64,000 bases of DNA. It comes from a virus. The translations under genes and the position numbers were made by a program. Under the pieces are notes generated by a model. It ran no database searches and was not told where the DNA came from. It was given only the letters and a program-made list of their open reading frames with translations. The stretch lies in the UHGV virus genome UHGV-0084588; one strand, 5' to 3'. Positions 27,689 through 37,110 of this stretch are shown in pieces; the first letter of the stretch is position 1; every line of letters begins with the position of its first letter.

Positions 27689-28387
27689 ATGTTTCGTATC
27701 TTCTTTCTTTTACTGGTAACACTTTTCGCGTTTAACGCACAGGCGTCAACGTCAACGCCGCAAACTAAACATCAGCGTGAATTTACACAAATCCAACATC
27801 GGTTCGAAAAGGTCAGTCCGTTAATTGTGGAAATCTCACGAAAGCAAGGCGTTGATCCTAAGCTGATGATTACGCTGATTTATCGCGAATCGCGTTTTGA
27901 TCCCAAGGCTTACAACAAAAGCACACGAGCGCACAGCCTAGTACAGATGCTTCCAAGTACCAAGCGCAATCTGCTAAAGCTTTATGGAAAAGAATTAGGT
28001 CTTAGTCAGAACGCTGATTTGTATAATCCGCGTAACGCTGTTTTGCTGGCTACCGCGTATGTTAAACATCTTGAGAAGGGGTTAACCAAACGACTCAAAC
28101 GCAAGCCCACCATGGCTGAAGTTGCGTTAGCTTACCACTGGGGTGAAAGTGGCGCTCACACGCGAATCAAAAGCAAATCTCGAGCAGCACAACGAGAAAT
28201 GGCAGGCTTTATGAAAGACGCCGCGTTCTATAGCGCGAAAATCGATGTGCCTGTTGTTGTGGGCTCGGCCCCACGTCAGCTTGCGTTTGCGAAGAAAACA
28301 CCACGTCAGATTCAATTGGCGGAAGTTAGTAAAATTTGGGATACGATAAACACGAGTTTTCCAATCAATAGAGGAGTTACCCTTTGA
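27689..28387 (+). CDS. Secreted lytic transglycosylase (SLT domain), candidate endolysin
   Basis: Signal peptide MFRIFFLLLVTLFAFNAQA; SLT catalytic region LIYRESRFDPKAYNKSTRAHSLVQMLPST (E-S ... S ... A ... LxQ pattern). Alternative upstream ATG at 27662. Confidence 0.6.
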   Translation: MFRIFFLLLVTLFAFNAQASTSTPQTKHQREFTQIQHRFEKVSPLIVEISRKQGVDPKLMITLIYRESRFDPKAYNKSTRAHSLVQMLPSTKRNLLKLYGKELGLSQNADLYNPRNAVLLATAYVKHLEKGLTKRLKRKPTMAEVALAYHWGESGAHTRIKSKSRAAQREMAGFMKDAAFYSAKIDVPVVVGSAPRQLAFAKKTPRQIQLAEVSKIWDTINTSFPINRGVTL

Positions 28388-28893
28388 GCATCGTTGTAAC
28401 CGATTGGTATAAAGGCATTACAAAAGCCGCACAACTAACCGCGAAAGATATTTACGGTATCGTCCGAAGCAGCATCGAAGACGAGATTAAATCGGATGAA
28501 GAATTCGCAGAGAAACACGAATTTTACGATGCTTTACCTACAGCATTCGGTGATGACGAAGAAGAAGGTTTAGAGTTTGACTGGAATGTCAACCTTGCCT
28601 TGCTGTGGATTTGTGGTTTACGTCCAACGGTAAAAGAAACCGAAGAAGGGAAAGTCTTGCTTTGGAATTTTACCGGACAGTATAACCGTAGCCTAGTCTT
28701 TAAACAGGCGTATATGGACGCTACTGTAGAACTTCAGAAACTGCTACTTGGCGAAAACACATACTGCCAGCGTAGTTTTCTAACGATTCTGGAAAAACTT
28801 GTGTTAACACACAAAGTCTGGCGTAAAGAAGACGCCCCAGAGCACATGTTCATTTTAGAGTACGCTGTCATTCCAAATCAGCCGTTCTTCTAA
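28384..28893 (+). CDS. Hypothetical protein (169 aa)
   Basis: Track ORF with TTG start overlapping the SLT gene stop; acidic; terminator follows. Confidence 0.4.
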   Translation: MSIVVTDWYKGITKAAQLTAKDIYGIVRSSIEDEIKSDEEFAEKHEFYDALPTAFGDDEEEGLEFDWNVNLALLWICGLRPTVKETEEGKVLLWNFTGQYNRSLVFKQAYMDATVELQKLLLGENTYCQRSFLTILEKLVLTHKVWRKEDAPEHMFILEYAVIPNQPFF

Positions 28894-28897
28894 TCTC

Positions 28898-28938
28898 TAC
28901 CCCTTACCCTTTACGGAGTAAGGGGTAATTTTATTTTC
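28898..28938 (+). terminator. Intrinsic terminator
   Basis: TACCCCTTAC ... GTAAGGGGTA 10-bp stem followed by ATTTTATTTTC. Confidence 0.6.
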
Positions 28939-28959
28939 ATTCCCTAAAGGAACAGAGAT

Positions 28960-29439
28960 ATGATAAAATTCATTTGGCGTTACCCAACACGTTTTTGGTT
29001 TGTGGTGCTTGAACTGTGTATGGTTCTTGTAGCGGTTACTTTTATCGATGCACCTGCCTCACAGTTGACCATTTTCTGTCTTTTCGTGGCAGTTCCTGTA
29101 TGGGTTATTGCGAAGGCTATTAAGTTCGCCATGGTGAGTTGGGCGAATTATACGTGTCCGTATAAACCTAGACAAATCATGAACTGGTTAATGTTTATTG
29201 AAGAACGTTTACCGGCGCAACGTAAATTACTGGGCTGGTCGTCAATGTTAGATATTGCGCTAGAAACCAATGCAAAGTTCCCCGGCGCGAAAAACCCGTA
29301 TTTGCTGTTGGCGGTAATTGTTGCGCAACAAAAACTGGTAGGCGATCGTTGGTTGCCAGAAGAAGCGAAAGCGTATATCCGTAAACATCCAAAAGCTTTT
29401 TACTCGGTAGGTCAATGGCGTAACTTACCACTATTTTAA
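28960..29439 (+). CDS. Membrane protein with two N-terminal TM helices (holin-like topology, unproven)
   Basis: 159 aa; FWFVVLELCMVLVAVTFI and IFCLFVAVPVWVIAKAI hydrophobic segments; sits downstream of the SLT gene. Confidence 0.45.
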   Translation: MIKFIWRYPTRFWFVVLELCMVLVAVTFIDAPASQLTIFCLFVAVPVWVIAKAIKFAMVSWANYTCPYKPRQIMNWLMFIEERLPAQRKLLGWSSMLDIALETNAKFPGAKNPYLLLAVIVAQQKLVGDRWLPEEAKAYIRKHPKAFYSVGQWRNLPLF

Positions 29440-29492
29440 CTTTTTACATAACCCTTAGTTGATTTGAACAAACCTAAAAGAGGACTATTAAA

Positions 29493-30425
29493 ATGACTTT
29501 TCCATCTGAAGTAATTTACGAACTGGCTAACACTCTACGTCGTCGTTATAGCTACCATATGCTGCAAACCAGCGTAGGTCCAACCGCTGCTTTTCTGCGT
29601 AACCATTTCCTAGGCAGCAATCAGTCTTCAATTACGCAGGAAACGATTTTCTCTATCGATCGTACCACCGATATTCTTCCGATTGACTGTGCAATTGCGG
29701 TTCAAAATGGGGATACGTTCAACTTCGCCATGGGAATGCGCCATACAACCGTTACTGTTGACCCAAGCGTGGGGATCGAACATTCTTTCATGCGTAATCC
29801 GTATCCACTGTCGGATAACTGGTTCGTTGTTGTAGAACAAGGCGTGAATAAGTACGAAGTTGTTGCGGCGCACGACGAATCTTTCTTTGGTTTGGGGGAG
29901 ATTTCACGTCCCCTGGAAATTGCTCTCGAACTTCGACAGGGTAATATCGGATTAAATGGGGGTGTTGTCTACTTCATCCTGAGCAACTGGGCGCATGTGA
30001 GCCACGTCCTGAGAAAAGCTGACGCAACGTTCCATGCAACAAAAGTAAGTTACTTCTCCGCTGAGAATAAAGTTCAAGACGAAGAAGAAACAGTACCTGG
30101 CACAGAAGTCGCCGTTTGTGAAAACTACGACGATCTGAAATCTGTACTCGTTAAGCGTGATGTTTTCGAATCGTTAAACCTGGATTTCCCTGGTGACGAA
30201 AATGAAATATCCGTAGCTGATCTGGTAGAAGCATTGTGTCAGAAAGACCAAGCTAACGAAATTAGCGACGAAGAAGCGGAACTCTTCCAAGTTCAACAAC
30301 TCGTCAGCAAGGTTATCGGTGGCCAGGAAATCGTTGACACCCTTATGGCTTTACCGCCGAAGAAACGTACTCAAAAGTACATTCGTGAACTGGTTCTTGA
30401 CAAGCTGGGCCAAACCAAAAAATAA
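29493..30425 (+). CDS. Hypothetical protein (310 aa), paralog of 30487..31035
   Basis: Shares MxFPSE N-terminus and the VYFI(L/F)..W..V motif with the next gene; acidic C-terminal tail; same AGGAGTATTAAA-ATG type initiation region. Confidence 0.5.
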   Translation: MTFPSEVIYELANTLRRRYSYHMLQTSVGPTAAFLRNHFLGSNQSSITQETIFSIDRTTDILPIDCAIAVQNGDTFNFAMGMRHTTVTVDPSVGIEHSFMRNPYPLSDNWFVVVEQGVNKYEVVAAHDESFFGLGEISRPLEIALELRQGNIGLNGGVVYFILSNWAHVSHVLRKADATFHATKVSYFSAENKVQDEEETVPGTEVAVCENYDDLKSVLVKRDVFESLNLDFPGDENEISVADLVEALCQKDQANEISDEEAELFQVQQLVSKVIGGQEIVDTLMALPPKKRTQKYIRELVLDKLGQTKK

Positions 30426-30433
30426 TCTAAGAC

Positions 30434-30466
30434 CCCTACTCCTCCGGGAGTAGGGTTAATTCTTTT
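30434..30466 (+). terminator. Intrinsic terminator (CCCTACTCC family)
   Basis: CCCTACTCC-TCCG-GGAGTAGGG followed by TTAATTCTTTTT. Confidence 0.7.
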
Positions 30467-30486
30467 TCCATCTTAGGAGTATTAAA

Positions 30487-31035
30487 ATGTTTCCATCGTC
30501 TGAATATTTAACTCATCTGGCTTACGGTATTCGCCGTGGTTCTGTTTTCCGCACACGTTTAAAGGATATAAATTTCCTGGCTAATTTCTTATATAACCAT
30601 TTTGGTGATGGAACTAACGTTTACAAAAAGATCACCTCAACACAACTTTATTCCCTTATAGCGGCGTCTGAAATCGTACCTACAGATATTTGGCGATTCA
30701 AACGTTATAACGGAGATATTACAATCAGTTTTCTTGATCATTCCCCTATTACCGTTGAAATCGCCGATCGTATTGACATTAATAGTGAAATGTCTGGTTG
30801 GAAGATTCTGTTTGATTGTGGCAATCGTTATGCGGTACTTGGCTCCTCTGATGAACGTGACTTCCCATTCGACAGGCCCTACTATTACCTTAGCGAAGAT
30901 GATTTCCCGGATAAAGAATCCAATATCTATTTAAACGGGGATACCGTTTACTTCATTTTTCGTACTTGGAACGACGTTGCTGCTATGATTGCTCAAGGCG
31001 TCATCGATTACCGTAAGCTAGAAGTCGACATTTAA
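30487..31035 (+). CDS. Hypothetical protein (182 aa), paralog of 29493..30425
   Basis: MFPSSEY... and DTVYFIFRTWNDVAAMI resemble the upstream gene; flanked by CCCTACTCC-type terminators. Confidence 0.5.
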   Translation: MFPSSEYLTHLAYGIRRGSVFRTRLKDINFLANFLYNHFGDGTNVYKKITSTQLYSLIAASEIVPTDIWRFKRYNGDITISFLDHSPITVEIADRIDINSEMSGWKILFDCGNRYAVLGSSDERDFPFDRPYYYLSEDDFPDKESNIYLNGDTVYFIFRTWNDVAAMIAQGVIDYRKLEVDI

Positions 31036-31045
31036 AATAAAAGCT

Positions 31046-31078
31046 ACCCTACTCCTTCTGGAGTAGGGTAATCTTTTT
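31046..31078. terminator. Bidirectional intrinsic terminator (CCCTACTCC family)
   Basis: TACCCTACTCC-TTCT-GGAGTAGGGTA with A-run upstream and T-run downstream, between convergent genes. Confidence 0.7.
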
Positions 31079-31700
31079 AGTTAACTAACCCGTTAGCTTT
31101 AAGAATCTCTAACATTTGGTTGTTTAACTCTTTTAATTTTTTGTTTTCTTCTGTCAACGCAGCAACTTTCTCGCCTAACGGAATAGACTCACGAATTTTA
31201 TTTTTTCGTGCCGCTTCCATCTGCAAGTGTTGTTCCTCCGTTACCTTCCCCTCATACTCGAGAGTTGTAATTTCAACTTTCGGTTCAATCCCCAGAGTAT
31301 GCGTGAGAATATCTGAAACGTCTTTTGTTATAGACGACACTTTCACGTAATCCGGTACTAGTGCCAAATCTACCACTAACACATTTCGTTGATACGTGAT
31401 CCCGGATAAACCTGGGTACGATTCCAGGTAGGTGTCAGGTATGTATACAACTTGACCATCACGAGATTTAAATGTCAAAATCGACGCACTAACATTCGCA
31501 TCTGCTAAATATTCTTCACGCCCTAGCCCTGCTGGCTGGTAATACGAATTATAAACGTCGATATTCTGACGTACTAAATCTGGGAAGGTACGCGATGCCT
31601 CTACCGTATAAATGACTGTCTCGGCTAAAGTAAATGGTGTTTTTACTTTAAACAGACCCGTGGTGTTGACTGGTACCTGTAGTGGTAAACGCGTAGCCAT
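31077..31700 (-). CDS. Hypothetical protein (207 aa) with C-terminal coiled coil
   Basis: Track ORF; C-terminus EEQHLQMEAARKNKIRESIPLGEKVAALTEENKKLKELNNQMLEILKANG. Confidence 0.5.
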   Translation of the reverse strand: MATRLPLQVPVNTTGLFKVKTPFTLAETVIYTVEASRTFPDLVRQNIDVYNSYYQPAGLGREEYLADANVSASILTFKSRDGQVVYIPDTYLESYPGLSGITYQRNVLVVDLALVPDYVKVSSITKDVSDILTHTLGIEPKVEITTLEYEGKVTEEQHLQMEAARKNKIRESIPLGEKVAALTEENKKLKELNNQMLEILKANGLVN

Positions 31701-31703
31701 TCA

Positions 31704-33077
31704 TTACTCCTCGTCTAACTCGCTGTACCATTTCGCTTTCCGAGACAGGATTCGATATTCCACATTATCGTACTCAAATACCCAGAAATAGTTATCGGGG
31801 TCTGCCTCATCGACCAGTTTTACAATGTCTAAGCTGGTTTGATACGGGTGGTATTCTTCCGCAGCAATAAGTGCCTGGAAGAATAACGCCAACCATTCGG
31901 TCGTTGTTTTCGACATACGTGCAATATCAGGGTTAGTCGTCGCAATTAACGCATAATCCGGGATAGTTTCGTGTAAGGTCGCTTTCCGCGTATCATTTTC
32001 CGGCCCACTGATTACAACACAGTTTAATGATTTATAAACGGTTGGTAAGTCAGTTACATCTGTCGTAGGCTTACTGATCGTTTTAGTATTTCTTTCTGCT
32101 ACCGTCAGGTCTGCCCATTCTCCAAACCGACTGATAGCTTTGACCCAGAAATCATATGGAAGGATAGGGGAATAAAGCGCCGCTACGTCTTCCTCATTAG
32201 GTATTCCACGAATTTTCCATCCAGGAACAATTGTAAATTTCGTGGTAGTGAAAATTTCAGGAAATACCTTTACCCCGACGGGGACAGTAAAGCTAGAATT
32301 AGCGAGAATATGTTCACGCAACGCTTGCTTTATTTTCGTTGGGTTTTTTCCCGCACGGCCGTAAATAATAACCGACATTGGGACAACTAGGGTGGACTCG
32401 TAGTTTTCTTGATCGTGCCAAGTATAGTAGTTGGTTTGGATAGCGGTGTAAGGAAATCCTGCCATTAACTCATTGATTTTCTTATGGTGTTCGGTAAGGT
32501 TAAACCCTTCCATCGCCTTTTCAACGACTGACTTGGTCGACAAAAATGTGTCGATTGGTGAAATCGGCATCTGCACTTCGATTTCGAATCCTGTGTAATC
32601 TTGATCGAAGTCTTCATCCGAGAACCAAACAATGATCTGATTATCTACATCAGTGTCATCTTGTACTTGATCTGCTGTTGCTTCATATTTCCAGCTCACC
32701 CAGCGTGGGAACCAATTACTGTTCGTCTGAATCATCGCACCGGACTGAACGCCAGAAATGGTTGATTGGAATTGGCCTAGTAATAGGCGCTGGAATTCAA
32801 GTTCGTCATTTCTCAGATTCCCCAAGATGGCTTGCTGGTAAATCCATTGAGAAACGGTTAGAATATGATCAGAAAACTCGGCTGGCACAACAACCGTCTG
32901 TTTTTCTCGTTTAGACGTAAAAGTCACCAATTGTACTTGCAAATTGGTTTTAGTAAACGTCTGTTTACTCTTCGCGTACGAGAGTGTCAAATCCGACAGC
33001 TCGCCCACCGGAGCGGTGACGCCGTCCTGATTGTCAAACAGTGCCGGTATCTGAATAAAACCTTGTAAGTCTAACAT
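31704..33077 (-). CDS. Hypothetical protein (457 aa)
   Basis: Track ORF, tightly coupled (3-nt gap) to the downstream 207-aa gene; no motif recognised. Confidence 0.5.
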   Translation of the reverse strand: MLDLQGFIQIPALFDNQDGVTAPVGELSDLTLSYAKSKQTFTKTNLQVQLVTFTSKREKQTVVVPAEFSDHILTVSQWIYQQAILGNLRNDELEFQRLLLGQFQSTISGVQSGAMIQTNSNWFPRWVSWKYEATADQVQDDTDVDNQIIVWFSDEDFDQDYTGFEIEVQMPISPIDTFLSTKSVVEKAMEGFNLTEHHKKINELMAGFPYTAIQTNYYTWHDQENYESTLVVPMSVIIYGRAGKNPTKIKQALREHILANSSFTVPVGVKVFPEIFTTTKFTIVPGWKIRGIPNEEDVAALYSPILPYDFWVKAISRFGEWADLTVAERNTKTISKPTTDVTDLPTVYKSLNCVVISGPENDTRKATLHETIPDYALIATTNPDIARMSKTTTEWLALFFQALIAAEEYHPYQTSLDIVKLVDEADPDNYFWVFEYDNVEYRILSRKAKWYSELDEE

Positions 33078-33102
33078 AATTAAAAATACTCCGAGGTGAG
33101 CA

Positions 33103-33606
33103 ATGGGTTCATTTTTTAAAGTGCTTCCGTTCTTCCTTCAGATGTTAATGGAAGCATTTAAACCAGGAGAAGGAGAAAACGTATCAAGAGCAAGCAAGAT
33201 AATGACTCTAATCATCACGATCTTGTTGTCGTATTCTGGCTTCGTCTCCTACGCCTATGTACAACAGTTTCACGCGCTCGTTGCAGTGCAGTCTCATGAC
33301 ACTTATATGTCGCAGTCTTACCAAGAGATGAAACAAGATCGAGATAAACTAAAAGAAGATAATGGGAAGTTATACGACAGACTCTTCGTTTGCCTCGGCC
33401 AGAAACCGCCATATGAAAGCACGTTTAATTCATCGAAAGCGAGCGGTACGACGAAGGATCTGTCCTCGGCAAAACCAGAAACTCCTGTTAATCCGGCTTC
33501 AACACCAGAACAACGTAAAGAGGCTTCGGCGAGACCTGTTGGTAATTTAAACGCGAACAGTTTTCGACAGGAGATCATAAAGACGCTATCGTCTTCTAAG
33601 GAGTGA
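33103..33606 (+). CDS. Membrane-anchored protein with one TM helix and charged coiled-coil-like region
   Basis: 167 aa; TM IMTLIITILLSYSGFVSYAYV followed by QEMKQDRDKLKEDNGKLYDRL; GAGGTG RBS. Confidence 0.45.
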   Translation: MGSFFKVLPFFLQMLMEAFKPGEGENVSRASKIMTLIITILLSYSGFVSYAYVQQFHALVAVQSHDTYMSQSYQEMKQDRDKLKEDNGKLYDRLFVCLGQKPPYESTFNSSKASGTTKDLSSAKPETPVNPASTPEQRKEASARPVGNLNANSFRQEIIKTLSSSKE

Positions 33607-33609
33607 TTG

Positions 33610-34065
33610 ATGAAAATGCTATTATTCATCATGGTAGTGTTCGTGGGGTTGGTGAGTAATAGCTACGGTGACGAAGTTGAACGTCCAGCTTATAGGCCAC
33701 TGGAGCTTCCTCCTGAACCACCAATAATGGTGAATTGGAAAATTGACAAGAATGCAATGCGTGAGTATGTTGCAGATGTCAACACCTATGCTTATTACGT
33801 TTATGTCTACACACGAAATTTAAACCAGCAAGCCGCTAAACGTGGCTGGAGTCCACCAATGTTGGCTCCACTTTGTGAACGCTATGAGTTACCGAAATTA
33901 CACGTTGTACCTGAGCGCTTGTCTCTTGATGAGGGTTCTTTAACAGCCCAAGAGATTAGCCGTGATTTATCGCGTAAACTCAATAATTTGTTGTGGAATT
34001 ACCGTTCCGACCGTCAGGCACTGCTCGATTCGTATAACCAATACTTGACATCGTGTTTGTACTGA
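33610..34065 (+). CDS. Secreted protein (signal peptide, no lipobox)
   Basis: ATG at 33610 after AAGGAG (track start 33607 is TTG); MKMLLFIMVVFVGLVSNSYG signal; PPEPP motif; terminator follows. Confidence 0.45.
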   Translation: MKMLLFIMVVFVGLVSNSYGDEVERPAYRPLELPPEPPIMVNWKIDKNAMREYVADVNTYAYYVYVYTRNLNQQAAKRGWSPPMLAPLCERYELPKLHVVPERLSLDEGSLTAQEISRDLSRKLNNLLWNYRSDRQALLDSYNQYLTSCLY

Positions 34066-34069
34066 CACT

Positions 34070-34111
34070 CCCTCCTGTACCCTTCGTGGTACAGGAGGGT
34101 CTTTCTTTTTA
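34070..34111 (+). terminator. Intrinsic terminator
   Basis: CCCTCCTGTACC-CTTCGT-GGTACAGGAGGG followed by TCTTTCTTTTT. Confidence 0.7.
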
Positions 34112-34154
34112 ACGTTTACGACTATTTTAATGTAGACTAACAGGAGAATTCAAC

Positions 34155-34889
34155 ATGACCTACCCAAAAATTATCACCCCGTACACACCGACGTTGGTTA
34201 TTGGTGCCGATGTAGAAACCAAATCGTTACGCCCCGATGCTTATCTGTTGAGTGCAGGATTAGTGGCGTTTGACGTCCCTACCTTGAAAATGGTTGGTTC
34301 CTCATACATCCGTATCGATCCTAACGATCCTAAAGCAAAAGCTATTTTCCACGAAGACCCACAAACGGTTGGATGGTGGGAAGGTAAAGGCGAACCTGAA
34401 TACGCACCGTCTCGTGAAGCCTATGCGGAAGCATGGGGTGGAACAACAGCATTGCCTGATGCTCTGTGGGCGATGCAAAAATGGCTCGGGGAGATCACCG
34501 CAAAACATGAGTTTGTTATTACCATGCGCGGTCCCGACTTCGATGCGCCGATTTTCATGAACGCTTTCGCACAGTGCGATATTCCGCCAGGGAAGTTCCG
34601 TAAATTTAGTGCGCTGGATAGCGATCGCACCGCAGAGCGTTTAGCCTTTGCGTTTGGTTTCGAACCCGACTTAACGGTAGAGCAAGTTTATTGGACGCGC
34701 GGTAAGCCCGCTTTTGAGCACCACGCAATGTGGGATGCAGCAAAAGAAGCCTACACCACGGCACGTATTTATCACCTCGCTTTGGTCACCCGCCAATACG
34801 GGTTTGAACGCGCCAAAGCCTGTCACGAAGAACTGAAAACTGGCGAGTATGTTGCGCCGCAGATTCGTGATCAATTAACCAGGGATTAA
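34155..34889 (+). CDS. DEDDh-type 3'-5' exonuclease (DnaQ/RNase T-like)
   Basis: 244 aa; ExoI-like VIGADVETKS (D-x-E), ExoIII-like EHHAMWDAAKEAY (H-x-A-x-x-D). Confidence 0.6.
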   Translation: MTYPKIITPYTPTLVIGADVETKSLRPDAYLLSAGLVAFDVPTLKMVGSSYIRIDPNDPKAKAIFHEDPQTVGWWEGKGEPEYAPSREAYAEAWGGTTALPDALWAMQKWLGEITAKHEFVITMRGPDFDAPIFMNAFAQCDIPPGKFRKFSALDSDRTAERLAFAFGFEPDLTVEQVYWTRGKPAFEHHAMWDAAKEAYTTARIYHLALVTRQYGFERAKACHEELKTGEYVAPQIRDQLTRD

Positions 34890-34891
34890 GA

Positions 34892-36412
34892 ATGAAGAAC
34901 GTTGATGTTGCAGTAATTTACACGGACGGTAGCCATTTGACCTCCCCGCTCGGTACAGGGGCGGGGATTCATGGATACTTATTTAATCGTGAAGCGATTG
35001 AGGATGGTCGGGTTTACCGCCATCCCACTATTCCAGAGGGGATTACGACGTCAGGATACCGCCAGATAAACAAGGATGAAAAACTTCCGCCTTTACCAGA
35101 AACCGTGGAGTTTATTGACGGCGTTGTTCCTGTACCAAAAATGTCACACTCCGACGTTGCAGAACTCGTGGCTTTCCTGACCGTCTTCGAACACGCCCCC
35201 TTCGTTGCCAAAAACTACGTTATCTATATCGACGCATCTTACGTTGTCAACACGTATAACGACTGGATCGATGGTTGGGCAGCACGTGGTTGGCGTCGTG
35301 CGGACGGTACACCTATTGCGAATCTGGAATTAATCCAACGGATGTGGGAGGTTAAACATCGCTTAAAGAAAGAAGGGAAAGGTGTTCGTGTCCTTAAAAT
35401 TAAAGGCCACTCTGGACGTTATGGAAACGAACGCGCAGACGAGTTAGCGCGGAAAGGCTCAATTATCTCTGCCCGAGGGGAGGGGTTAGACTATACACCG
35501 TATTGGTCAAAAGACGAGCTGCCTGAGGAAGAACAGCAACCGGAAGTTGTTGGTGAGGGTGTCAATTTGTCCGCTTTCCCCGATATCTGTGTTACGAAGT
35601 TCTGTTACCCGATGGTGAACGAACCCCATCCCACTGTTACAGTTAACGGTAATAAACTTTATTACATGTTCGGTGGAAACCACGCAAAACAGAAGGACGA
35701 TATCGTCTTCGTTGGTAAGTACATTCCAGATGCACAATTCTGCGTAATGTTTACCAAAGAACCGTGGGATAACGTATACGAGTTGGTAAATACCCATTCT
35801 GCGAAAGCGTGGGAAGGGGTGCCCCGTTTACGTCAATTTGATCCTATCGCCGTTGTTTTTAACTTATTCGTAAAGCGTAAGAAGTTCGCAGAAGCCGCTG
35901 CTAACGGCATTCCTATCGATCGGATGCATTTTAGCGAAGACAAAAACCTGTGGATGTTTGAAGATCTTTCGATTACACGAATTCTTCGTCCTGCGCTATT
36001 ATCTTATCGTTGTATTGCGATTCGTGATGAGCTTGCAGGTTGGTTACGCGATGCCATGGAAGGGAAAAACTCAGTAGTGTTGAATGACATTACTGACGTA
36101 CTTTACGATGAGAAAGGTAAGCCGAAGAAAGACATTTATCGTAACGTAGATAAAGGTTTTGACGTAACCATCCAGATCCCTGGTAGTAAAAACAAGGTTA
36201 AAGCTATCCTTACTCGAGGTATCGACATACCGACGCGTACGGAAATCAACCGTATCAAAGAACCGGAAGGGCGGTTCTACGTGGCTGTACGTCGTCCAGA
36301 ACGGCAGTATATCGAATACGCGTTGGTTTATATCGGGGAAAAATATCATGGTTTGTGGTGCGGCTATTATTCAAACAAACGAATATTGACGGATAAGGAG
36401 CTTGAATGCTGA
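34892..36412 (+). CDS. RNase HI domain protein with about 300-aa C-terminal extension
   Basis: VAVIYTDGSHL..., IDASYVVNTYNDWIDGWAARGWRRADGTPIANLELIQRMW, KIKGHSGRYGNERADELARKG match the RNase HI catalytic motifs (recalled E. coli: TDGSCLGNPGPGG ... KGHAGHPENERCDELAR). Confidence 0.8.
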   Translation: MKNVDVAVIYTDGSHLTSPLGTGAGIHGYLFNREAIEDGRVYRHPTIPEGITTSGYRQINKDEKLPPLPETVEFIDGVVPVPKMSHSDVAELVAFLTVFEHAPFVAKNYVIYIDASYVVNTYNDWIDGWAARGWRRADGTPIANLELIQRMWEVKHRLKKEGKGVRVLKIKGHSGRYGNERADELARKGSIISARGEGLDYTPYWSKDELPEEEQQPEVVGEGVNLSAFPDICVTKFCYPMVNEPHPTVTVNGNKLYYMFGGNHAKQKDDIVFVGKYIPDAQFCVMFTKEPWDNVYELVNTHSAKAWEGVPRLRQFDPIAVVFNLFVKRKKFAEAAANGIPIDRMHFSEDKNLWMFEDLSITRILRPALLSYRCIAIRDELAGWLRDAMEGKNSVVLNDITDVLYDEKGKPKKDIYRNVDKGFDVTIQIPGSKNKVKAILTRGIDIPTRTEINRIKEPEGRFYVAVRRPERQYIEYALVYIGEKYHGLWCGYYSNKRILTDKELEC

Positions 36413-37074
36413 TCGTTTATAGTGAGGTCTTGTCAAAAGCCCCTCGGTTTTTACAAACTCACTTTATGTATAACGCACGGCAGTATTGGGGCTTTAAAGC
36501 CCCTTACTCCGAAGATTGGGAAGTTGTGGAAAAGTTAGCATTTGTGTTTTCTCTTTCGTTGTTGTGGGAGATCATTGCACTATACAACGCGGGTTGTGAT
36601 ATCCCTGAGAACGGCTTTTTCCAACAACACCTATTCCAAAAATTCACAGCATCGATAGAAAATCATGAAGTACGCAAGGAGTGTATCGGCTACGCAGAGC
36701 ATTCTGAAGAATTGAGAAAGATTTCCAAATTAGTTATCACGCGGGCATGGGCTGAATTCGAAACTTACCCCGAAAAAATAATTTGGTTTAATCGTGAACA
36801 GTTTATTAAAGAGGCAGTCAGTCAACATCCCGTTCGATTAATCGTGTTAAAGCCGTCCGATCTTGCCTTACGCCGTGTCTATTCGTTTCCAGAGGAAATC
36901 ATTTTTTCCGCAGGAACAGCAGATTATGGTATTTTTAAGCAAGGTGATTCTTGGATTCTTCCGCACGACTTAGACCAGTATTTGCTCAATAGCGATCAAA
37001 TACATTCGGGTTATGACTCACAGGTGAAGGAGTTTACAGTCGATCCTTTTTTCGCTAAAAATATTCTTAGATAG
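36406..37074 (+). CDS. Hypothetical protein (222 aa)
   Basis: Track ORF; start overlaps the RNase H stop (ATGCTGA). Confidence 0.4.
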   Translation: MLIVYSEVLSKAPRFLQTHFMYNARQYWGFKAPYSEDWEVVEKLAFVFSLSLLWEIIALYNAGCDIPENGFFQQHLFQKFTASIENHEVRKECIGYAEHSEELRKISKLVITRAWAEFETYPEKIIWFNREQFIKEAVSQHPVRLIVLKPSDLALRRVYSFPEEIIFSAGTADYGIFKQGDSWILPHDLDQYLLNSDQIHSGYDSQVKEFTVDPFFAKNILR

Positions 37075-37088
37075 ATATTATCCAGGTG
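37068..37088 (+). promoter_or_regulatory. Promoter-like motif TAGATAGATATTATCCAGGTG
   Basis: AGATATTATC core; about 40 nt upstream of the ATG at 37111. Confidence 0.35.
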
Positions 37089-37110
37089 TAACACCATTGG
37101 AGTTATTAAA

